64,000 bases of DNA, taken from Monocercomonoides exilis PA203 (taxonomy: Eukaryota > Protista > Preaxostyla). Numbering within the stretch: the first letter of the stretch is position 1; each line of letters opens with the position of its first letter. Where the stretch lies: assembly GCA_001643675.2 (NCBI GenBank), contig LSRY02000044.1:248001-312000 (forward strand), written 5' to 3'. Positions 12,471-22,409 of this stretch are shown here, piece after piece. Position numbers and translations under genes: made by a program. The notes under the pieces are model-generated. The model was not told the DNA's origin, did not search any database, and worked only from the letters and a program-made list of their open reading frames with translations.

Positions 12471-13991
12471 TTTCTAACCCGTTTCTTTTATTCTGCACAC
12501 ATGATGTCCATCTTGAAATTCGTTCTTCCACATGGTTTGCTTTTGGAATTATGACAATTCTGAAAAAAAGCTTTCGAAAGTATTGTTATTTATCCAAGAT
12601 CAATAGAAATTTATTTCTGTTAGGTCTGTTCGAAGAAGAATATACACAATTATCCAATATAACGCAGTATTCATATTAAAATAAGATCAGCAACGAACGA
12701 AATACAAAAAAGAAAAGTTTTGATAAACTTTTTCTTATTCGAAGAGAAATTGATTGTTTTTAGGAAATAATTACATATATTTCAGGTCATTTTCTCTTTA
12801 TCTGAATGAAATGCTTTGACATATCTTGGTTTGTTGCTGCAACTACGTATTTCACTGTTATAATTCTTTATTTGAATTTTTTGTCTTCTTTTTGTGAAAA
12901 TTGTCGAATTTTTTCTAAATGAAACTTCTGAAGAAATCATATTGGAAAAAAAACCGTGGAGCATCTCATCATGCTTAAACTTGCCGAAGAATTTATCTTT
13001 CAAATTGAATCCAAACCTAAATTTTTTTAATAATGTTTGTGATTTCAACGTGTTCTTTAATTGCACACCAACAAATAATTATAGATCCATAATTTTCATC
13101 TTCCATCCTTTCTTCTTCTCAGGGAAAGCTGAGATTTCAAAGGAAGAGCAATTAAACGCTGTGTCTTCTGATCGTTTTCTTTCATAAAAGCGTCTGAGAA
13201 ACCCTAAACAGGCTGCAAAATCGGTGGTGAAGATAAGTGGAGAAACGTCAATTATGGAGCAGTGGAGATTGAAATCAAACGTAGTAGAAGTTGTTGTTGC
13301 GAAAGAAACAATTCTCCCGTGTATAGAGAAAGAGGCAGAAAAGAAGAAGGAATTGAAAGGAGCAAAGGAAGATGAGGTGGCTGAAGAGGGGGATTAAAGA
13401 AGTTGAAGTGAAATTTGAAGAAATTGAAGAGGTGAAGGAGAAGGAAGAAGATTTGGTTTTGGAAACGGGTGAAGAGGATGCAAATCAAGAAGAGGATATA
13501 GCAGAAAAAGTGGGAAGGAAAAAATGCAGATTGGGATGGAGGAAAATGAAATAAGACATAAATCACCTGTTGGAAAATGAAACTTTTTCTTATTGATTCA
13601 ACTCTAAATCAACTTTATCATTCATATCTTGTGTTAATTATTTTTTTCCACAAACAAAATTCAAACACTTCTTTTAAAAATTGCGAAAATAATAATAGCT
13701 TGCTTATTAAGAACACTGAGACCAAGTGAATTTGAAATTTGAATTTTCAAATATTAAAGTGCCATTCAAAAAATTCGTACATTCTTTATTGATTAAAAGA
13801 ATGAGCAAAGAGATGCACAACATACAAAAACCAAAAAATCGATGTCTGACACAAGAAGAAATGTGATAACGTTCAAAACAAAACTTTATCAAGAGAAATT
13901 CACTCAAAATAATAAATGAAAATATTCAGGTTGATTTAAACAAAAATGCTTTTTCAGCAAAAAAAATTATCATCTTCACTTTATTCACTCT

Positions 13992-14790
13992 TCAATCTCT
14001 GAACTTCCCAACGAGTTCCGTAGCTTTCGCAATTGTGATTTGCTTGTCATCCAATGCGGTGTCCTTCAGGTTAATTGCATAAGTTATCTTCACCAACGCT
14101 TCCCTTCCCCCAAAGCACTTATCAAACTCTCGACGCAGCTTTCTCAACGTCGGCCGCTCTCCTGCCGCTCCCGATAGGCTCGCCCGAACACCATTCTCGT
14201 CCGAGTTCCCCCTCAACCTTCTCAGGTCAGGTCTTTCTCCATTCACAATCTTCTGCCCTGCCACCTCAGCCTCGTATTCCACAAATGGCATCTGCAGCGT
14301 CAGGCACTCTCACGCCATCATCCCGATAGAAAACTCCACCGTCTTCTTTGTCGCGTGCCCCTTTGCACCATTCAGCAGCTCTGACGCCTTCTACCGTATG
14401 CACTTCTTCCAGAGATCATCTTCGTGCTCGGACGTTGTGAAGTGGGAGGTTATTTTGTGAATATTAATTCTTCACAGAAACATCAGAGGAAGATGTGGCC
14501 ATGGTGGAGGCTGAAAAGATGGAGGAAGTGTCAGAGTCTGACGAGCAGTCTAAGTAGAGCGCAATTCTGATTACCATTTGCTCAGAGAATAGCGCAATCA
14601 GCGGATAGAGAGAGGTTTGATTGGAGTTTGCCTTTCATTTCGCAAAAGCAGTGAAGCACGTGATTATCCAAGAAGAACAAGACCTGTACAGCTGTTTGTT
14701 CTATTTTCTGCAAAGCACCAATCTCCATCTCCTTCTTCTCATTCCTTCCATAAAGCAGCATAACCAGCTTAACTATTTGATCCAAAACAT
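13992..14790 (-). pseudogene. Decayed pseudokinase C-terminal fragment of the receptor family (transposon cargo)
   Basis: MLLYGRNEKKEMEIGALQKIEQTAVQVLF, CIR*KASELL, VEFSIGMMA*ECLTLQMPFVEYEAEVAGQKIVNGERP, ERPTL; contains stops and frameshifts. Confidence 0.85.
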
Positions 14791-15524
14791 ACATTTTCCT
14801 ATGTTGGAAATTGTGTGTAACTTTTCAAAAGATTTTTAAAAAGATATATAGGAATGATTAATTTGTTATTTTCATTAGTCAAAAAATGAATGTTAAAAAA
14901 TAAATAACTTAAAATAATAATGATAAATAATAGAACATGCACGATAAATGTTGATTTAACGCAAGCGATTTCCTCATTTCTGATTCACGCTCCATTTTCA
15001 ATCAAGTCAATAATTATTCAAATTGTTGTTCATTTTTAACGAATAATGAATAGCATTAATCACCAAAAATAGTGTTGTGAAAAGATGTTCGAAAAACATG
15101 CTATGAAAGCAATGACTTCTTCACATATCAATGAAAATATGAATTGTTAATAAAAAAACAATATCCCTTTAATTTTTGAAATGATAGAAGCTATTTTGGT
15201 TTATGGAAAATAATAAAAATTGAGAAATGTTTTATACTTGTGATAAATATCAAAATGGTGCATTATCTTTTTATGATATGGGACAGAATTCTTTCATTTA
15301 TGAAAAATTCAATGATTTGTTCCAAACTTTTTCTGCAATCGTATGGAAATTATTCTTCCATGATCGTGCAATATTAAATATGAAAATATAAAAATCGAAA
15401 AAAATCTTTGAAAGAACTGTGTGGAACAAAATTCATAAAACACAAAATTTCGTCCCATATATTATTCGTTTATCGATAAAAAACTATAATGGGAAGATCT
15501 CTGATATTTCAAAAAGAAAGTGCC

Positions 15525-17165
15525 ATATTGAAGATTTTTGAAGAATGAGATTTGATATTGCACATGCATCAAGTTGTAATTCTCCTTCTGCCGTATTAAT
15601 GATGTGAAATGGAATGATTGCAAAAGCTTCATTAACTCCGTCCGTCAATTGTTTTGCTGTGAATGAGCAATTCATAATTTCAAGAATCCCTCTCTCTGGT
15701 GATATCAGTGATTCGTGGGAAGAGATGAAATCTGAATCAAACACAAAATTCACTCTCAATAATGAGACTGTTCCAGTTGTTGTTATCAATGCCTCTCTTG
15801 TTTTTCCAATGTTTGATTTCACTTCAACTTCACACATCTCTCTGCTCTTCGAACTCAGACTCATTTCCTTCAGATTTATCTCTTCTCCAATCACACTCTC
15901 TTCAACAATGAGAATTTGACTTATCAGCTCTGATGTCAAGTGAATCAGACCCCGTTCAATTGAATCACATGGAAGAGCATTTGTTCCACATTGTCTGTCA
16001 TTCGATCCAACCGCACTGCTCACAACAATTGTGTCACTCTGATGGATAGTCACAAACTCAATCAGATTCGTATCTTCTTTGTGTTCACAACTATCAATTC
16101 CATAGATTGCATTTATTCGTGAATAATGATTCTCTCGAAGATCAAACTGAAATTGTCTTTCATTGATCTGCGATGTGATGTTGAAACATTCAATGAAAAT
16201 ATCATTCCCCACTCTTGCTGTGTTCGCACTGAACTTCATTCCCATAAATGTGAAATTCAAATCCCCTCTTTCCTTTGTTGCCAGATACACCCCTCCTCCT
16301 CTCCCATTTGTGCAGCTGCAATGGATGATTGTTGAGTTAATCATCTTCATCGATCCTGATGCACCCAATGTGAAGAATATCGCCCCTCCTTTTTCACTTG
16401 TTTCTGCCTTGTCTTCTGTGATGTTGCTCGAATTCACAACCAAACAAATCTTTTTCTCACTTGTTGACTCCAAAATGCTTGCTCCATCGTCACTTCTTTT
16501 CACTCCTGAAAATGATGATTTCTCAATCTCAATATTCACACATTCTTCATCACCTCCTTCATTTATCTTCAATCCTTGTTCAGATTTCTTGATTGATAAA
16601 ATGCAACCACCACTTTCATTCAACGATTCCACTCGAACATTCACAAAATGGCAAGTTATTCCAGAATCATGAATGACAAAAATACTGTTTCCAACATTGC
16701 ACGATTCCATCGACAAATCATTCACTTCCACTGTTCCTCCAATCACATCCACAAACACACAATCAAATCCATTGTTCACTTCTGCCTCTGAATGGAATGA
16801 GCAACCACTTATCACCAAAGCTCCTTCTTTGTTTGAAATAATTGTTTTGGCTGAATTGTCAAATCCAGTTAACAGTTGCAGATGGATATTCGTCAATTCA
16901 AGATGAATATCATTCACCATGAAATATTCCAGTTGACTTCCAATTGACTTTTCAAAATTCAAAGTTGCTTTCACATTCTCTTCTCCCATCTTCACACTCT
17001 TTTTGATCTGATAATTGGACACGTTGAATGAATCTTGAATAATTGTTGATCCTTCAATTTGAATGGTTTTCTTTCCATTCCCCTTTTCCATGTTTTCCAT
17101 CCCTTTCCACATCGTTTGGCATGGATCATCCTCGCTTCCACATCTTGCAACATCAAATTCACTAT
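15525..17165 (-). pseudogene. 5'-truncated ectodomain half of the receptor gene interrupted by the 7341-15524 element
   Basis: ORF 15484-17178 aligns with ~36740-38362 of the intact gene (FDVARCGS...SNLILQ). Homology stops at the TSD. Confidence 0.9.
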
Positions 17166-17331
17166 TAGAGTTAAACAAATCTCATTTTAACAATTCTTTT
17201 TTTAAAAGAAAAAACAAACTTTTATTGTGTGCATTGTATTTATTTCTAAATATCGAATTGATTTGGACAATTGAAGTTAATCTGTGCAAAAAAGATTTAT
17301 TTTAAAATGTAATGATCGAGCCTAATACTTG

Positions 17332-17379
<48 letters not shown>
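17332..17379 (+). repeat. Poly(A) tract, ~48 nt
   Basis: Read directly. Confidence 0.9.
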
Positions 17380-17380
<1 letters not shown>

Positions 17381-17974
17381 ATTTGAAAGGAAAAAACAAA
17401 ATAAATATTTATTTGATAGAATGAATCATATAATACTTTTTTCGAGCTATTGCAACCTTATTTGAAATTTGAAATTTGCAGCTTTTTAACATTCAAGCGA
17501 AAAAAAACATGATAATCTGTTTGAAAAAAGGAGCTGTTTTCAAAATAAAACAAGTGGGCATATAATTATATACTTATATTAACATATAAAAGAGAACGAA
17601 TCACAAACTTTTGAGTTCGATTTCTGCTCAAAAAGCATATTTCACTTTTCATATAATAAATAAATATATTGTGGGTTAGATCAAAGATGAATGAATAAAT
17701 TTTTTGTTAATGATTTTCATTTTTTTGATGAAAATTAACAAATATAATAAGTCTTTATAATAATGCAAACACGTTGGATGTCCAAAAATCACGTTTTCTT
17801 TAAAATTTGATTATTTTTTTAATGAAATTCATGTTTTTTTGGTCATTTTTCAAAAACCATTTATTTCAACAAATAAAATTCTTTTCGAAAAATCGGTCCA
17901 TAAAAAGTTTTTAAATAATTATTATCTATTAATTCGTTATAATTTGAGGGTTAAAAAACGCAAATTGCAAAAGG

Positions 17975-18445
17975 AACGCGTTTGAACCAATGCAAGTGGG
18001 GGAGTTACAGGAGAGGTGGAAGAGGATGGGGATGATTTGATTTGTGGAGTTGTTATCGATGGAGAGGGCAGGTACTGTTATTGAGTCTTGTGTCTGTTGG
18101 AAGAGGGCAGACGAGGCTGATGGATCTGGTGAAGAAGATGTTGATAATGAAGAAAATGAAGAAAATGATGATGTTGATTGTGATGACTGCGAATGTGAGT
18201 TTTGTGGTTGGGGAATACCACTGGAGGCGATGGTGGAGGCAGTTGTGCCATTTCCAGTGATTTTAGTGTCAACCGCGCTGAAAGTGAGTGTTTGAAGAGG
18301 AACAAATGTTGAGGAAAGGAGGGTGAGAGAGGCGTCGTGGAGGAGGGAAATGAAGCCGGTGAGGGCAAACTCAAATGCAGAACATGGACTTTTCTGCATT
18401 CTGCAAGAGGCATTGACATCAGTTCCGTTGATAGATACAAATTCA
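17975..18445 (-). pseudogene. Fragment of a surface-receptor ectodomain module (VSxxGxDxxxCxxxxxPC type)
   Basis: VSINGTDVNASCRMQKSPCSAFEFALTGFISLLHDASLTLLSSTFVP...FSAVDTKITGNG; paralogous fragment at 50695-50900. Confidence 0.65.
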
Positions 18446-18898
18446 TATTAGATATCTTTACGAAAGATGGACGTGTGTTTTGTTTTGCAGCAGCTTGACA
18501 ATTGATGACAGGTTTATAAATTAAATATGTTATTTTTATTTTAAAGAAAAGGCTAAATATCTGCATTAGAAGAACAAATCGAAAAGATGGGACTGATTGA
18601 CAAAACCTCAGGTTATTGTTTAATACTATTTTTTCTGAGAAATATTATTTTTGAACTTCATTAACTTATTATTTGTTAAATTTATTTGCAGTGAAGTTGA
18701 GGAAAAACTGGGCTGCAAAAAACCTAAGAGATCTTAAAGACAAAGGAAACCCGAGTTAAAATGAAAAAAAACCGAAATAAGAAAAGTGCAAATCGCTAAT
18801 GGTCATTCTTTGTTGGATTCTGCTTCTTTGTTGATCTCGTCACATGCAATTTTCCGTTGTTTTGAATAATCCATTCGTATTTTTTCATCTTGCATTGA

Positions 18899-20125
18899 TT
18901 ATCGTTTTCTTTTCATTTTCTCCCTGAAAAATAAATTTGATTTGTATCTTTTTTCCCTTTGTCTTTTCACTTCATCTTGATAAAAAATAAGGCATTGCTT
19001 CTCAGAATTCCAATCGTCTTTTGTCAGATCGTTTGCCTGTATGTTTATATATGTCAGCCACACAGCAATTTCTATATCAATTTTTGCATCGTCCAGCTTA
19101 TTCCGATATATGCATGCGCATTGTATCCACGACCGTTTCATCCTACAAAAAAACCATTCCACTGGAATTCGTTTTTTTGCAAGACTCACATTGAATTCCA
19201 TTTCATCTTTGGATTTGGTATTTTTAATTGGAGTGATTAGATCCAACCCTTCTCCAACCCCGTGATATCCTCGATCCCCAATTATTTTCCATTGAGTATT
19301 GCATTCATTCAGGCAATTCTTATGTCTATCCTCATTTGAAATCTGAAAATATTCAAATAATAGATGCAAATCCTTTCAAAATAGAGAGAAATCATGGATA
19401 TGCATTTCAACGACTTCAGATGCGAATAAAGCTTCAAATGGATAAGAAGCGGCAACAGCAACTTGAATTTTAACACCATAAACTTTATGATGTCCGTCCC
19501 AAAAAAATTTTTGTTTTTCAAAACTTCCAACTGGCTTCTCAGTTCGTATGGAGGTTGCATCAACCAACAACGCAACATCTCCGAATAAGTCGTCGCTTTC
19601 AATTAAAACTGGTCTTCTCTTTTTTTCGTTCATTTGCCTGAGAACATGTAATATAAAAGGACGGAAGAAATTTATCGAGACAGAAATCACGTGGTTTGTT
19701 TTATCGAACCATAGCCCAATTTGAGTTTGAGTTGTCCACGACGACAACCATTCCAAGAAATAAAGCAATCTATCTGTTGTTGAAAAAATACCCTTAGGAC
19801 CTCTCCTTGGTACTTTGGAAATGATGCTATCGAGTTCACAAACAATTGAAAAAATATGATTTTCTGATAATCCGAATCTTTCAAATGCCTTTTTTGTCCG
19901 AATAAAGTCGTTCAATTTTCCTTCTGGCTCTGGGGGAGGAAGGTCTCTTATTTTTGTTTGAGAGATTCGAGTTTTATATTCTTTGTTGATAAGAATCTGA
20001 TTCACAAATTGCACGATCGAAATTTTTTTCTTTTTCTTTATCATTTGCTTTTCAATAAATTGATGAAAATTACGAACCAAAAATAATTCAAAATAAAAAT
20101 AAGGCAAACTCTTTATCTTTTGCAA
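18899..20125 (-). mobile_element. PIF/Harbinger (DDE_Tnp_4, IS5/ISL2-like) transposase, interrupted by one in-frame TGA
   Basis: HTH-like region followed by LLVDATSIRTEKP (D1), FWDGHHKVYGVKIQVAV, HIHDFSLF, IIGDRGYHG (D2), KKRIPVEWFFCRMK (E). ORFs 19376-20125 and 18899-19369 share a frame across TGA 19376-19378. TIRs not located. Confidence 0.85.
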
Positions 20126-20999
20126 TCAGTTGAGAGATTGAAATGAAACACATTTGAGTCAAACATGTTTGGCTTGAATAACAAAAAGTTTGACATGAAC
20201 TCAAAGATGTTGAAGAAGTTGCTGATAAAAAAGACTCAGGTGAAAAATGTTATCCGCTTGAAGGATTAGCCATAGGATAATCCGAATGTCCACCATGAGA
20301 GCTTGAGCTGTTATTAAATAGTATGTCAACACAAATTTTTAAAACAACAGATTATAAAATAATTATGTTTTGTTTTTCATGATTGTGAAATGATGCTAAC
20401 ATAATGAATGGATCAACTAACTGTTAAAAACTCATTTTGAATGATAAATTATAAGTAAATGCAACTGGAACGCAAGTGACTCAAAACACAAACAAATTTT
20501 GTTTCCTTTTATATATATATAATCTCTTTCTGAAAGAATAGGTTTATTTCGCAACAAGTGTAATTTATCCGTTGCAAATCTTTATTTTTTGTAACAACTT
20601 TGTATTTTGCTAAATACAGATAGTTGTTGAAATATATCTATTGTATCTTCTATTGCTTTTGAAATGATTTCCATCATCTTTATTTTTATTTTAATTTTAA
20701 TTTTAATTTTTATTTTTATTTTTATTATTTTTTTGAAGTGGAAAATTGGTGAAAGACTTTACGATATTTTGAAAGATGTTTCAAATTGGGTACCGTATTT
20801 TCTCAATAAAATTGAACATAATAATTTACCACTGATTGATAAGTTAATATAAAACATTTTTATGTGTTTCATTTCTTCGTTTTTTCTTTTATGATTTTAA
20901 TAGAAATTAATTAGAATTATGGGTTTTGATCATTGTTAACGTTGTGATCGAAATCTTTGATATTTTTCTATGTCAGTTTTTGAGCTTCAATCCCTCGTT

Positions 21000-21048
21000 A
21001 AATGTGTTAAAAAAAACGATTCTTGGAATCCGTTTTTTTAACACATTT
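21000..21048. repeat. AT-rich inverted repeat/hairpin upstream of the Merlin-like transposase
   Basis: AAATGTGTTAAAAAAAACGATTC-TTG-GAATCCGTTTTTTTAACACATTT. Confidence 0.8.
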
Positions 21049-21049
21049 T

Positions 21050-21945
21050 AAAAGTGAAAAAGCCATTTTGCAGGAAAAACAGAGTATTTTTCACGTGTAT
21101 CAAAAAGGGCGGAAATGCATCATATTGGAAATGTGAAAAATGTTGATCGAAAAAATCTTTGTTTTAAACATCAGTTTTCAAGCATAATAAAATAGGGTTA
21201 GGAAAGATTCTGCTGTTGATTCTTTATTTCTCCTTAGGGATTCAAAAAAAAAAAAAATACAAAGAATCTATTGGATTTATCATACAACAGCGTTGAATAA
21301 TGGTACAGTATTTGTCGTGTCTCATGCACGAATTTCTTGATCGAGCATTAAATAATTTTAGGGGGATCTGAAATCGTCGTTGAAATCGATGAAGCCATTT
21401 TGAGGAGAAGAAAGTGCAAAAGAGGTAGCTCAAAACGGCAGCAATGTGTTTTTGGAGCAATTGAGAGGAAAATGGATGGAACAGTTCAGAAAAAAATGAT
21501 TTGGATTGTAAAATCAAGAAAAAGAAAGCACTTGCTACCTATAATTCAAGCTCACATTTTTCAAGGATCTACAATCATGAGTGATGAGTGGGCTCCCTAT
21601 AAAGTTTTACAGGATTTTGGTTTTGAACACAAAATTGTGACACATAAAAGAAACTTCAGAGATCCTATCACAGGGGCTTGTACAAATACCGTCGAAGGCA
21701 TGTGGCACCATATGAGATCATTTTTCCCAAAATCGGGGTTTAGCAATAAGTTTCTTCAAGATTATCTGTCAACTTTTTTCGTTTAAAGTGTTTTTTAAAA
21801 GTTATCTTTATTCAATTAATTGGAATGATTTATCAATTTGGGTTTCTGAAAATACAAGAAGAATATGACACAGAAGATATAACATCAGATGTTACGGATT
21901 TGGACGATAAAATTGAAGATGCAAATTCATCGTTGAAAAACTGAT
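21050..21945 (+). mobile_element. Decayed Merlin/ISXO2 (IS1595-family) DDE transposase
   Basis: Zn-ribbon remnant YWKCEKC*SKKSL, VVEIDEAILRRRKCKRG, QCVFGAIER, GSTIMSDEWAPY, VTHKRNFRDPITGACTNTVEGMW; acidic tail; stops and frameshifts. Boundaries approximate. Confidence 0.85.
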
Positions 21946-22409
21946 AGTGACAGTTTAGGTTCTTGCGATGGCTCTTCAGCTTCAAGTTACACAGATAATG
22001 AAAAAATATAATATTTTCAATTTGTTTTTTTTATTACTCAATTCAAACATATTTTTCACTCACTTATAACAACAAATAATCATATAAATAACAAAATTAA
22101 GCTAAATAGTTATTGGAAGTTGCTTTCATTAAAAAAAGTCGGACCCAGTATGTGACACTTTACCCAATATTTTTTCTTCACGTCATCCAGGGTTAAAAAA
22201 AAAAACATCTCTTTTATTCTCTTTTTTATGAAATGAAAATTTTCATTTGAAAAATATTATAAATGGGTTAGATCATTATCTAATTGCTTTGAGATACAAC
22301 AAACGCGAAAGTTGTATTTTGTTTTTGAATTAATAATTGAAATAGCGTTTCAGTTTCTTTAATATATTCTTCATGCTAGACTTTTAGTTTTATTAATTCG
22401 GAAAACTCA

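Larger units (their letters stand above)
7341..15524. mobile_element. 8184-bp non-autonomous TIR DNA transposon with captured gene fragments (Pack-type), 4-bp TSD ATAT
   Basis: Imperfect 30-bp TIRs: GGCACAATCTTTTTGAAAAGTCGGAAAGCT (7341-7370) and revcomp of 15495-15524 GGCACTTTCTTTTTGAAATATCAGAGATCT. ATAT at 7337-7340 and 15525-15528. Removing the element plus one ATAT restores QKSSIYLSSSL, colinear with QESALSLSSSL in the intact paralog. Confidence 0.9.

Noticed and set aside
22189-22196. AGGG|TTAA piggyBac-like end, and GGGTA...TACCC (20788 / 22175) as Merlin termini
   Set aside because: No matching opposite end, extended TIR or TSD was found.
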